A DNA stretch of 64,000 bases from Patescibacteria group bacterium (lineage in GTDB: Bacteria; Patescibacteriota; WWE3; UBA101185; 2-01-FULL-41-18): assembly GCA_038064575.1 (NCBI GenBank), contig JBBTST010000012.1, positions 32 to 64,031 on the forward strand, read 5' to 3'. The position numbers were made by a program, and so were the translations under genes. Shown here in pieces: positions 30,527 to 39,949 of this stretch; position 1 is the first letter of the stretch; every line of letters begins with the position of its first letter. The notes below the pieces were generated by a model that saw only the letters and a list, made by a program, of their open reading frames with translations, was not told the DNA's origin and did no database searches.

Positions 30527-31387
30527 ATGGAGACATATGAAATATTTAGGAAAGCCAAAGATGGAAAGTATGCAATAGGAGCTTTTAATGCCGCTAATCT
30601 GGAAACTCTTAAAGCAATTGTTCAGGCCGCCCATAAATTAAGAGCGCCTGTAATCATTGAGGCATCAGACGGTGAGGTCAACTTTATTGGAAAAAGGGAA
30701 GTGGTAGCACTAATAAAAATTTACAGGGAAGAGTATAACTTGCCAATAATACTAAATCTGGACCATGCCGGAGACTTGCAGGGCTGTATTGAAGCAATTG
30801 AAGCCGGATTTGACTACATTCACTTTGATGGAAGCAAACTGTCCTATGAAAAAAACGTTGAAATTACAAAAAGAATTGTTGAGGTTGCACATAGCAAGAA
30901 CATACCGGTTGAGGGGGAGATTGATCACATTCAAGGAAGCTCAGCCGATCACAGACAGGAAAATGTCACCGGAGTTCAAAAAAAAGAATTGTATTCAAAC
31001 CCTGTAAGCGCCAGAAAGTTTGTTGATGAAACTTTAGTAGATACATTTGCCTCATTTATTGGCAACGCCCATGGTCTTTATGCAAATGCAAAGAGAATAG
31101 ATATAGCTCTTTTAGGAAGGATAAAAGAAGCCCTTCCTGACAAATTTTTATCTCTTCATGGAGGTTCCGGAATTCCTGATGAAGATATTAAAAGCGCCAT
31201 ATCGCATGGTATTGTAAAAATAAACGTAAATTCCGAGCTAAGAGTTGCTTTTAGAGATGCCCTGAAAAAAGTCATAAATTCAACAGAGGAAGTAGCAATT
31301 TATAAAATCATGCCGGAGGTAATAAAGGCTGTGCAAGACGTTGTGGAAGCAAAAATTAGTTTGTTTGGTTCTGCTAACAAAGCCTAA
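30527..31387 (+). CDS. fba: class II fructose/tagatose-bisphosphate aldolase
   Basis: 286 aa with N-terminal AIGAFNAANLE, the NLDHAGD metal-ligand region and conserved His residues. Confidence 0.85.
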   Translation: METYEIFRKAKDGKYAIGAFNAANLETLKAIVQAAHKLRAPVIIEASDGEVNFIGKREVVALIKIYREEYNLPIILNLDHAGDLQGCIEAIEAGFDYIHFDGSKLSYEKNVEITKRIVEVAHSKNIPVEGEIDHIQGSSADHRQENVTGVQKKELYSNPVSARKFVDETLVDTFASFIGNAHGLYANAKRIDIALLGRIKEALPDKFLSLHGGSGIPDEDIKSAISHGIVKINVNSELRVAFRDALKKVINSTEEVAIYKIMPEVIKAVQDVVEAKISLFGSANKA

Positions 31388-31662
31388 AGAGGTGTTGCTT
31401 CAGGAGCTTTTGTCTTTTCTTTCTTGAGTCTCATCTTAACTTCTTTGGAATCACATTTCATACACTGAAAATTCTCCCCCTCCTTCAGACAGCTGGGGCA
31501 CATATACATCCCATTTTGAAACACAAGCTCTGAGTTCTCACATTGGTTACAGAGGAAAATCACATCTTCCTGAGAAATTAATCCGCATTTTGGACAAATA
31601 AACTCCGCGGAGTCGCTATCCGGCAGTGTTGCATGATGCATATCCTCTGTTAGATATTTCAT
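31384..31662 (-). CDS. zinc-ribbon protein (hypothetical)
   Basis: 92 aa with four CxxC pairs (CPKC, CNQC, CPSC, CMKC). Confidence 0.5.
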   Translation of the reverse strand: MKYLTEDMHHATLPDSDSAEFICPKCGLISQEDVIFLCNQCENSELVFQNGMYMCPSCLKEGENFQCMKCDSKEVKMRLKKEKTKAPEATPL

Positions 31663-31679
31663 AGTACCTCCTTTAAACT

Positions 31680-32273
31680 CTAAGGTCTCGATGGGACCTT
31701 GTTACCATACCAATCGCATATGTCAATATTCTCCACTGTTTTACCCTCCTCAACTTTAACAATACTTGGAGAGTGATCTGTACAGTCAACTGAAAGCCCA
31801 CAAGCTACTGCAGGAGAATATAACCCCCCAAAGTTGGAGTTTTTAGGATAGGCAAAAATCACATACAAACCCACAGGAACTTTTTCTACCAGGTATGTAC
31901 CTTGATTTGCTTTTGTTGATAGGGTTAAAACTGCTCCATCTTCCATATTTTTTACATAAATATCAAGAGGAGGAACGCCTTCACTAGGATAACAAAGCTT
32001 ACCTTTGATTGTTCCCCCAGAAAAGGAAGTATCCATTCCAGGAAACGGCGGGGGTTCATAATCCGCATATTTAATGTCGGGTGGGTTTCCAAGAGTAGCC
32101 TTTGTATCATTTGTATCAACAGACTTTGATAAGCTATTACTAACTTGCGATTTATCAAAAACCTGCAAGTACAAAAGGGCCGTAATAGCACCAAGAAAAA
32201 CAACAATCAAAAACAACCCAGGTTTGGTAACCTTCTTCACACTCAAAACTATAACAAAAATATAGCCTCCCAT
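31680..32273 (-). CDS. hypothetical membrane-anchored extracytoplasmic protein
   Basis: 197 aa with an N-terminal TM helix, Pro-rich linker, beta-rich C-terminal domain and Cys pairs. Confidence 0.5.
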   Translation of the reverse strand: MGGYIFVIVLSVKKVTKPGLFLIVVFLGAITALLYLQVFDKSQVSNSLSKSVDTNDTKATLGNPPDIKYADYEPPPFPGMDTSFSGGTIKGKLCYPSEGVPPLDIYVKNMEDGAVLTLSTKANQGTYLVEKVPVGLYVIFAYPKNSNFGGLYSPAVACGLSVDCTDHSPSIVKVEEGKTVENIDICDWYGNKVPSRP

Positions 32274-32297
32274 ACAAACAGGTGCTAGTATTGAAGC

Positions 32298-33284
32298 ATG
32301 AAAGTTGTTGTAACCAGAGAAATTCCCGCCAATGGCATTGAGGCTCTAAAAAAACAGTTTGGGGATGCTGTTAGTGTGCACTATGGACCTCCCATGTCAC
32401 ATGAACAATTACTGGAGTTTGTTAAAGGCGCTGATGCAATACTCTCTCTTTTAACAGATAAGATCTCTGAAGACGTTTTGGAAGCTGCGGGATCGCAACT
32501 TAAAGTAGTTTCAAATTATGCTGTAGGCTTTGACAACATTGATCTTGCAGCTTGTACTGCCAAAGGCATAGTTGTTACAAACACGCCCGGAGTTTTAACT
32601 GAGGCAGTTGCGGAACACGCTATAGCTTTAATGCTTTCATCAGCAAGAAGAATTGTAGAAGGAGATAAGTTCATGCGCGGGGGCAATTATAAATACTGGG
32701 AACCAATGTTTTTGCTAGGTCCCAAAATTTATGGAAAGACTTTGGGTATAATTGGTCTTGGAAGAATTGGTCATTATGTTGCAAAAATTTGTGCCAACGG
32801 GTTTGACATGAAAATTCTTTATTACGATGTGTCAAGAGATGACAAATTTGAAAATGAATTTAAAGCTCTGTACTGCGCGCTTGATGACTTGCTGGAAAAG
32901 TCTGATTTTATTTCTGTTCATGTCCCCCTTCTGCCCTCAACGCACCATCTTATTGGTGAAAGAGAATTCAAAAAAATGAAGCCAACAGCTGTGTTAGTAA
33001 ACACGTCAAGAGGCCCTGTTGTTGATGAATACGCTCTTGTAAGGGCTCTAAAAGAGAAATGGATTGAGGGAGCCGGAATTGATGTATTTGAATTTGAACC
33101 AAAAATTGCAGAGGGTCTTGCCCAGTTGGACAATATTGTTGTGACACCACACATTGCAAGCGCAACTCATGAGGCCAGAATAGAAATGGCAAGACTAGCT
33201 TCACAAGGCTTGATGAGCGTGTTGCTGGATAAAAAGCTTCCGGAAAATACCGTAAATAAAGACGTAAAAATGAAGTCGGCTTAA
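32298..33284 (+). CDS. D-isomer-specific 2-hydroxyacid dehydrogenase (glyoxylate/hydroxypyruvate reductase-like)
   Basis: 328 aa with the NAD-binding motif GIIGLGRIGHYVA and the catalytic-domain pattern of D-2-HADH. Confidence 0.85.
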   Translation: MKVVVTREIPANGIEALKKQFGDAVSVHYGPPMSHEQLLEFVKGADAILSLLTDKISEDVLEAAGSQLKVVSNYAVGFDNIDLAACTAKGIVVTNTPGVLTEAVAEHAIALMLSSARRIVEGDKFMRGGNYKYWEPMFLLGPKIYGKTLGIIGLGRIGHYVAKICANGFDMKILYYDVSRDDKFENEFKALYCALDDLLEKSDFISVHVPLLPSTHHLIGEREFKKMKPTAVLVNTSRGPVVDEYALVRALKEKWIEGAGIDVFEFEPKIAEGLAQLDNIVVTPHIASATHEARIEMARLASQGLMSVLLDKKLPENTVNKDVKMKSA

Positions 33285-33291
33285 CAAAAGT

Positions 33292-33972
33292 ATGCCCAAC
33301 TTGAAATCAAGTCTTAGGGATATCATTCTTGGCGGACAGGATGGCCTTGTGAATGTTCTTGGAGTTGTTCTTGGTGTTTCGGCAGCCACGTCAGATCTAA
33401 AAATCATCATGGTTTCAGGACTTGCTGCAACTTTTGCTGAAAGTATTTCTATGGCCGCCGTTGCTTATACCTCAACAGAAGCAAGCATGAGCAAATACCT
33501 TTCAGACCTTAAAGAAGAGGAAAAAGAAGTAGAAACAACACCTCAGGAAGGCTTACGTGATGTAGAACAGGTCTTTAGAAAATGGGGTTTTGAAGGAAAT
33601 TTACTGAGGGAAGCTACCTATAAAATTACTTCAAATAAAGACACCTGGACCAAATTTATGATGACTGAAGAAAGACGAGAGCAAAAAGATGGTTTTGAAA
33701 AACCTCTTGCTTCCGCTTTTATTGTTGGAACTTCCTCTTTACTTGGCTCAATTGTTCCACTTCTGCCTTATTTTATCTTAAGAACCCCACAAAGCTCTAT
33801 GGTCTACTCCATTATTATATCCGCTCTTTTTCTTTTTATTTTGGGGTTTACTAAGGCAAAGCTTACACTTGGCAACCCTTTTTCATCCGGGCTTAAAATT
33901 ACGGCTATCGGGATTGCCTCTGCTATTGTAGGATTTATAATAGGAAAAGTGCTAGGAGAATCAAATATATGA
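33292..33972 (+). CDS. VIT1/CCC1 family membrane protein (putative Fe/Mn transporter)
   Basis: 226 aa with an N-terminal GGQDGLVNVLGVVLGV motif and C-terminal TM helices. Confidence 0.65.
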   Translation: MPNLKSSLRDIILGGQDGLVNVLGVVLGVSAATSDLKIIMVSGLAATFAESISMAAVAYTSTEASMSKYLSDLKEEEKEVETTPQEGLRDVEQVFRKWGFEGNLLREATYKITSNKDTWTKFMMTEERREQKDGFEKPLASAFIVGTSSLLGSIVPLLPYFILRTPQSSMVYSIIISALFLFILGFTKAKLTLGNPFSSGLKITAIGIASAIVGFIIGKVLGESNI

Positions 33973-35141
33973 ACATAATAATGTATGGGGCAACCTGGTG
34001 TGTTGATTGTAAAAGAGTAAAGAGCCTACTGGGTCAACATAAAGTTTCCTATAAGTATATAGATATTGAGCAAAACAAAAACGCTGCTCAAAAAGTTATT
34101 GAACTTAACAAGGGATTATCTGTAGTTCCTACTTTTGAGATTGACGGGGATATTTTAACTAATCCTTCAAACTCTGTTCTACTTCAAAAACTTAAACTCA
34201 AAGAAGAAAACAAGACTCATTACTGCGATTTAATAGTGGTTGGGGGGGGACCTTCCGGTCTAACTGCCGCAATTTATACAACGCGGGAGGGCGTGGAAAC
34301 CGAAATCTTTGAAAAAAAAGCACTTGGTGGACAAGCTGCAGTCACAGATAGGATAGAAAACTATCCCGGCTTTCCTGAAGGAGTTTCAGGCTTGGATTTG
34401 TCCCAAAAGATGGCTAAACAGGCAGAAGAGTTTGGTGCAAAAATTAGAACCGGAATTGAGGTTACCAAAATCATTGATAGCGGAAAATATAAAACTGTTG
34501 AAACAACAGAAGGCCCGTTTCACGCCCAAACCGTTCTTTTGTCCCTGGGAACCGAATACAAAAAACTCAAGGTTCCAGGGGAGGATGAGCTTATAGGACG
34601 CGGAATTCATTTCTGCGCAACTTGCGATGGGCCGTTTTATAGAAATAAAGAAGTAATTGTGGTTGGTGGCGGCAATTCAGCAATGCAGGAAGGCCTATTC
34701 TTAACAAGATTTGTAAACAAAGTTACGCTTATTGTTTGGGGAGATAAACTTACAGGTAGCGACTTCATGGTTGAGAAAGTTACAACCGATCCCAAGTTTG
34801 ATATTCATTACAACTTAGCAACAACAAAGCTTGAAAAAGTTGATAACAAAATGGTATTCCATGCAACAAACAGGGTAACTAACAGGGAAGAAATTTATAA
34901 AACTGACGGAATTTTTGTTTTTATTGGTTTAAGGCCTAACACCGAATTCTTGAAAGCTTCCGGAGTGGAACTTGATGACAGAGGATTTATTAAAACAGAT
35001 AAGCTATTGATGACTACTATCAAGGGGGTTTTTGCATCAGGTGACTGTAGATCAGGATCGACTCTTCAGATAGCCTCAGCCGTAGGTGAGGGCGCCGTTG
35101 CTGCCTTAATGATTAGAGAATACCTAAAAGAAAATAGTTGA
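33969..35141 (+). CDS. glutaredoxin-like domain fused to thioredoxin-reductase-like flavoprotein
   Basis: 390 aa. The N-terminus MYGATWCVDCKRVK is a Grx/NrdH-like CxxC. It is followed by a TrxR-like domain with LIVVGGGPSG, the redox CATCDG and VIVVGGGNSA. Confidence 0.8.
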   Translation: MNIIMYGATWCVDCKRVKSLLGQHKVSYKYIDIEQNKNAAQKVIELNKGLSVVPTFEIDGDILTNPSNSVLLQKLKLKEENKTHYCDLIVVGGGPSGLTAAIYTTREGVETEIFEKKALGGQAAVTDRIENYPGFPEGVSGLDLSQKMAKQAEEFGAKIRTGIEVTKIIDSGKYKTVETTEGPFHAQTVLLSLGTEYKKLKVPGEDELIGRGIHFCATCDGPFYRNKEVIVVGGGNSAMQEGLFLTRFVNKVTLIVWGDKLTGSDFMVEKVTTDPKFDIHYNLATTKLEKVDNKMVFHATNRVTNREEIYKTDGIFVFIGLRPNTEFLKASGVELDDRGFIKTDKLLMTTIKGVFASGDCRSGSTLQIASAVGEGAVAALMIREYLKENS

Positions 35142-35201
35142 AAAAGGCGGACATTGTTTTGCAAAGCCCGCCCGTGTAATTCGTGTTAGAGGTCTTCTTT
35201 C

Positions 35202-35615
35202 TTAATACACCTTCCAGTAAACATAAATGAAACCTGCCGCAAGCAGAAGACAGAGAACTCCTAATAGGTCCCACACGCTAGAGGAACTAGTATAGTCGCC
35301 AACCTCCATTATGGTAAGCGGATCCAGGGGATCATAGAATACAAAAATCTTCTCCCCAATCCTTGGAAGCCTGTTGCGAATGTGAAGCTCTGCCCTTCTT
35401 TCAACCCCTTCAACTTCATAGGTAACCACAGGAACTTGAAAAGTGGTTCTAAAGCCATAGGGTATGTAATCCACAACCTCAGCTTGAACCCTGATTCCTG
35501 TAGCAAGTAGCCTCCTTGCAGTTATACGGTTATCTTCTGCAGCAACCAGAAAAATAACCCCAACAACAATTAGCGCTATGCAGAAAGCTAGCACTTTGCC
35601 TTTTTGTACTGTCAT
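35202..35615 (-). CDS. hypothetical membrane protein (N- and C-terminal TM helices, DUF3592-like)
   Basis: 137 aa ORF with two terminal TM helices and a beta-rich middle. Confidence 0.5.
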   Translation of the reverse strand: MTVQKGKVLAFCIALIVVGVIFLVAAEDNRITARRLLATGIRVQAEVVDYIPYGFRTTFQVPVVTYEVEGVERRAELHIRNRLPRIGEKIFVFYDPLDPLTIMEVGDYTSSSSVWDLLGVLCLLLAAGFIYVYWKVY

Positions 35616-35702
35616 TATCTAAACTCTCCTTTCAGAATATGTGTAAAGTAACATTAAATTGTCAGAAGATCAAAAGAACATGAAGTTTAACCCACTCTGG
35701 CA

Positions 35703-36098
35703 TCAGGCACCTGTGTTTTGTACAACGGAGGGCTCCACAAAGACTTTTACTTCCGCGAGTAACTCTTTTTTGGAAATACGGGCCTTAAGCAAATACCCTG
35801 TAGCACCAAGATCAAAGGCTTTTTTAACAAGTTCATCCTGGGCTAAATTTGTAAGCATAACCACAGGAACGCTATTATCAATACCCCTCATCTCGTCCAA
35901 AACCACCATACCGTCTTTCTCAGGCAACAAGATATCTAAAAGTACAAGGTCATAATGCTTGGACTTATACTTTTCCACAGCATCATGCCCATCAGATGCC
36001 TCTTCAACAATATAGCCATCCTCCTTCAAAAAAAGCGAATAAAGCTCGCGGATAAAAGCTTCGTCCTCTACAAGTAAAATTTTCTTAGGGTCTGACAT
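35703..36098 (-). CDS. single-domain response regulator (CheY-like receiver)
   Basis: ATG at 36098 (MSDPKKILLVEDE), with the phospho-acceptor Asp in LVLLDILLP and a conserved Thr/Lys. No output domain and no histidine kinase in the window. Confidence 0.75.
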   Translation of the reverse strand: MSDPKKILLVEDEAFIRELYSLFLKEDGYIVEEASDGHDAVEKYKSKHYDLVLLDILLPEKDGMVVLDEMRGIDNSVPVVMLTNLAQDELVKKAFDLGATGYLLKARISKKELLAEVKVFVEPSVVQNTGA

Positions 36099-36133
36099 TG
36101 AGTTAATTCTAGGGAGTTGGTAAGATACAGTCA

Positions 36134-36775
36134 ATGCGAGTTCTGAAAGACAATGCTCCGGTAATAATAATAGTTGCACTAACAGTGCTCTCTTTTGTGG
36201 GTATTCTTTATTTAGCCTCAAAACAAGAGAAAACCCAAGAGGGACAAACAGAGGTTAAGTCTGAAGAACTTCTTACTGAGGGCACCTATGTCAAAGGAGA
36301 AGCGAGCGCTTCTGCCACTCTTGTTGAATTCTCTGACTTTCAATGTCCAGCCTGCAAACTCTTTTACCCTATTATTAAAAGTCTAGAAAAAAAGTATGAA
36401 GGAAAATTAAGAGTTGCATACAAACACTACCCTCTTCCACAGCACCAATATGCTCAAAAAGCTTCCGAGGCGGCCGAAGCTGCTGGAGCACAGGGCAAGT
36501 TCTTTGAGTATCATGACATCTTGTTTGAAAACCAGGAAAAACTCACAGTTGAGGACCTTAAAAGTTACGCAAGAGAGCTTGGTTTAAATGAAGAGCGGTT
36601 TAATAGTGATTTGGACTTAGGAAAATACGCTTCAAAAGTGAAGGCAGACGTTGCACTTGGTACCAAACTTGGCGTTGATTCAACCCCAACATTCTACTTA
36701 AACGGAAAAAAAATGAAATTGAAGTCAATAAATGACCTTGAGAACCAAATTTTGGAAATACTAAATTCCAATTAG
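36134..36775 (+). CDS. DsbA-family thiol:disulfide oxidoreductase (second copy, membrane-anchored)
   Basis: 213 aa with an N-terminal TM helix and CxxC FSDFQCPACKLFYP. Confidence 0.75.
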   Translation: MRVLKDNAPVIIIVALTVLSFVGILYLASKQEKTQEGQTEVKSEELLTEGTYVKGEASASATLVEFSDFQCPACKLFYPIIKSLEKKYEGKLRVAYKHYPLPQHQYAQKASEAAEAAGAQGKFFEYHDILFENQEKLTVEDLKSYARELGLNEERFNSDLDLGKYASKVKADVALGTKLGVDSTPTFYLNGKKMKLKSINDLENQILEILNSN

Positions 36776-36808
36776 CTTTTAAGGATTTTACCTCACCAAA
36801 TTTTACTG

Positions 36809-37453
36809 TTAATTTTTAAAAGCTGAAGGACAAATTTGATTTAATGGGCAGTCTTGGCATTTGGGTCTTCTTGCTACACAAATATATCTACCTAGCAACA
36901 CAAGAGCCGAACTTAGAAATCTCCAGTCTTTTTGATGAAAAACAAGCATTAAATCCTTCTCTATTTTTACAGGGTTCTTCTCTTTGGTTAGACCAAGTCG
37001 TTGCGAAACTCTTGATATATGTGTATCAACAACAAAACCCTCCGCCTTGTCAAAAACCTCGTTTAAAATCACATTTGAGGATTTTCTGGCAATTCCGGGA
37101 AGCTTCAAAAGCTTTTCCATACTATTTGGAACAACGCTACTAAAGTCGCCCACAAGAGTTTTAGCCATTAAGCTTAAAGATTTGGCCTTATTATTAAAAA
37201 AGTTCACGCTTTTGATATAACTTTTTATGTCTTCAATATCCGCCTCTGCCAGGCTTTCCGGGGTTGGAAATCTTTTGAAAAAGTTTGGTGTTACTTTGTT
37301 TACAAGTTTATCTGTACACATTGCGGCCATAATCACTGCACACACAAGCTGATATGGATTGTCAAAGTTAAGTTCGGTTTTAGGGTTTTTATAGGAGCTT
37401 CTTAAAATGTGTGTTACTTCCAAGGACAACTCCTTAAAATGGGCAACTGACAT
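36809..37453 (-). CDS. nth: endonuclease III
   Basis: 214 aa with an HhH-GPD motif (LLKLPGIARKSSNVIL, catalytic K; D in VVDTH) and a C-terminal 4Fe-4S ligand set Cx6Cx2Cx5C. Confidence 0.85.
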   Translation of the reverse strand: MSVAHFKELSLEVTHILRSSYKNPKTELNFDNPYQLVCAVIMAAMCTDKLVNKVTPNFFKRFPTPESLAEADIEDIKSYIKSVNFFNNKAKSLSLMAKTLVGDFSSVVPNSMEKLLKLPGIARKSSNVILNEVFDKAEGFVVDTHISRVSQRLGLTKEKNPVKIEKDLMLVFHQKDWRFLSSALVLLGRYICVARRPKCQDCPLNQICPSAFKN

Positions 37454-37494
37454 ATCCCAAACTATAACAAATAAATTTAACTTATAATACTTAT

Positions 37495-38964
37495 ATGAAG
37501 TTTTTTAAAGCCTTAATAAAGCTCTTTCTAACTCTTCTTTTATTCGCTTGCGTTGGCCTAATTCTTTACAAAGCCGGAATTCCCAAAAACAGCCTGGCAT
37601 TTGCAGTACTTGGTAAACCTATTGAAATAAGCCTTGTTGGGACGGGCTCTATGTACCCAACACTTTACTGGGACAACAAGCAGGGAGGTCCTGAATCAAA
37701 GGAAGAGGCTGCACAGGAAAATCCCCACAGAGTCACTCCAAAACTGTATCTTGCACTAAGGTTAAAATACAAAGATCTTGAATTTGAAAAACCAAAAATA
37801 GGATTTGGGGATCTAGTTTCTTTCACCAAAAATGACGAGCATTTCATCAAAAGGGTTATAGGACTTCCGGGGGATGAAATTGAACTTATAGACGGCTATG
37901 TTATAAGAAATGGACACAAACTTAAAGAAGCTTATACAAATAAGGATCGGTCAACTTTTGGAAATGAAGGGTTTTTAGAATGTAAAAAAACAACCATACC
38001 AAAAGATATGTATTTTGTACTTGGCGATAATAGAAAATTAAGCCTTGATTCAAGATCAGAACTCGGGTTCATAGCAAAAAGTGAGATTGGCTTTATTTTG
38101 CCTTTTGATAAGCAGGCTGATTTGAAAACAAAATATAGATTTTCAGGAGTTGAAGAAGATAAAACTCTTAAACCAACTCTTGTAGCTTCCGACTTTGTTA
38201 CAAAAGCAAATGAACTCAGACTAAAGGAGGGTTTAAAACCACTTAAACTAAATGAGCTTCTTAACAAATCCGCATATCTTAGAGGAGATTATATAATCAC
38301 AAACAATAATTTTTTATCCAGAGATCAAAAAGGAAATAAGCTATTTCTTAAAGAAATGGAGAGAAGCGGTTACTCAAATGTTTTGGCTGCGGAGGACGTG
38401 ATACAAGGTTATCTTGATTCGGACGAACTGCTAGAATTAAGACTCGAATTCAAAGAACTCAAAGAGCTTATCTTTAGCAAAGATTATGAAGATATTGGTG
38501 TGGCTACCGTAAACAAGAACTTAAACGGGTGTCCAACCCAGATAATAGTTTTACATTTTGGCGGCTTTATTCCTCCAGTATATAACAAGGCAACCCTGGA
38601 GAGTTGGGAAAGTGCTTATAAATCAGCCTTAGAAAACTCTCAAAGGTGGAAGGGCTTACAAGGGAACGATTTCTACAATGAGTTGGATTTGAAAGAACTT
38701 ATAACTTTGTTTGAGGAGGCCGTTGAAATTTCAAAAGGAGTCCTGGATAAGATCATAAATCTGGAATGGCTGACCCCACAGGACGAACTTAAAATTAAAC
38801 GCTATGAGACGCTTATTTCAGAGATCAACAAACTCTCAGAAAAAATTAATAACAGCGCAAAAGAAAAAACTAATACGTTAAAACAGGATAATTACTTAGC
38901 TTGCCTTGATAACTGGGAACTTTTTGTCAAAAACAAAGAAGATTGCAAGAAATACCTTAAGTAA
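37495..38964 (+). CDS. lepB: signal peptidase I (S26) fused to C-terminal CAP/SCP-like (YkwD-like) domain
   Basis: 489 aa. The N-terminal half has a TM anchor plus S26 boxes (GTGSMYPTL, FIKRVIGLPGDEIEL, VLGDNRKLSLDSR). About 270 extra C-terminal residues show CAP-like spacing (NELRLKEGLKPLKLN...SNVLAAEDVIQGY...DYEDIGVATV). Confidence 0.75.
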   Translation: MKFFKALIKLFLTLLLFACVGLILYKAGIPKNSLAFAVLGKPIEISLVGTGSMYPTLYWDNKQGGPESKEEAAQENPHRVTPKLYLALRLKYKDLEFEKPKIGFGDLVSFTKNDEHFIKRVIGLPGDEIELIDGYVIRNGHKLKEAYTNKDRSTFGNEGFLECKKTTIPKDMYFVLGDNRKLSLDSRSELGFIAKSEIGFILPFDKQADLKTKYRFSGVEEDKTLKPTLVASDFVTKANELRLKEGLKPLKLNELLNKSAYLRGDYIITNNNFLSRDQKGNKLFLKEMERSGYSNVLAAEDVIQGYLDSDELLELRLEFKELKELIFSKDYEDIGVATVNKNLNGCPTQIIVLHFGGFIPPVYNKATLESWESAYKSALENSQRWKGLQGNDFYNELDLKELITLFEEAVEISKGVLDKIINLEWLTPQDELKIKRYETLISEINKLSEKINNSAKEKTNTLKQDNYLACLDNWELFVKNKEDCKKYLK

Positions 38965-38993
38965 ATCAGTATGTGTCTTGCAGCTTTTATAAA

Positions 38994-39941
38994 TTACAAT
39001 AGGCTTAGCTGGCTATCATCTTTTTCAAGAAGCTTTTTATCCGACTTAATCTCTACCGAGCCATCCTCTTTTAGCTCAAAACCTAACCTTCCAATAAGAG
39101 ACTTAAAATTGTATTTCTTAAGCTCTTTAGCAACTTCTAACTTATCTATAGCTCTAATCTTACATTCTGTAGGCAAGAACTCAACCGGGGCATCAAGAGC
39201 AATGGTAGCAAGCTTTTTGCATAAAAACGCCATTTCCTTGTCCTGTAGCAATTTTCTTTTAAGGCTTTCCGGCTTTAACTCATCAATATTTTTGTATAAG
39301 TTTTCAATAGTTCCATACTTTTTGATAAGCTCTGTAGCTGTTTTTTCCCCAATACCCAAAACCCCGGGAAGATTATCACTTGAATCTCCTCTCAAGGCTT
39401 TAAATTCAATTATTTGTAAGGGATCAAAGCCATACTTTTGTTTAAATTCACTTGCTCCAAAAAAGCTGCCTCCTTCTTTGGAAGAAGCATCAGGATAAAA
39501 CACTTTTATATGAGGGGACAAAAGTTGTTGCACATCTCTATCATTTGAAACAAGCACTACGTCAAAGCCTAACGCATCAGCTTTATGGGCAAGAGTTCCT
39601 ATCATATCGTCAGCCTCAAAACCTGTCACGTTTGCCTTTTTAATTCCAAAACAGTCAATTATCTGCATTATTGGGGCAAACTGAACTGACAAATCTGCAT
39701 CCATTTCTTTTCTGTTTTTCTTGTATGGAGCAAAAAGTTTATCTCTGAATGTAGGTTGATCATCATCAATTGCAGCTATTACATGAGTTGGTTTTAAAGC
39801 ACCTAATGTGGAGATTAACATTGAGGTAAAACCATAAATCGCGTTTGTTGGCTTACCACTTTCAGATTTAAAAGACTTTGGAAGAGCATGATAAGCTCTG
39901 TGAATATAATTTGCTGTGTCAATAAGTAAAAGTCTATCCAT
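38994..39941 (-). CDS. 5'-3' exonuclease / flap endonuclease (Pol I N-terminal domain-like)
   Basis: 315 aa with an N-terminal LLLIDTANYIHRAYHA and the acidic metal-binding clusters of the FEN family. Confidence 0.85.
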   Translation of the reverse strand: MDRLLLIDTANYIHRAYHALPKSFKSESGKPTNAIYGFTSMLISTLGALKPTHVIAAIDDDQPTFRDKLFAPYKKNRKEMDADLSVQFAPIMQIIDCFGIKKANVTGFEADDMIGTLAHKADALGFDVVLVSNDRDVQQLLSPHIKVFYPDASSKEGGSFFGASEFKQKYGFDPLQIIEFKALRGDSSDNLPGVLGIGEKTATELIKKYGTIENLYKNIDELKPESLKRKLLQDKEMAFLCKKLATIALDAPVEFLPTECKIRAIDKLEVAKELKKYNFKSLIGRLGFELKEDGSVEIKSDKKLLEKDDSQLSLL

Positions 39942-39949
39942 CAGAGAAA

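Noticed and set aside
35659-35955. + strand ORF 35659..35955 (98 aa)
   Set aside because: Antisense to the well-supported CheY-like receiver gene. It is low-complexity and has no RBS.
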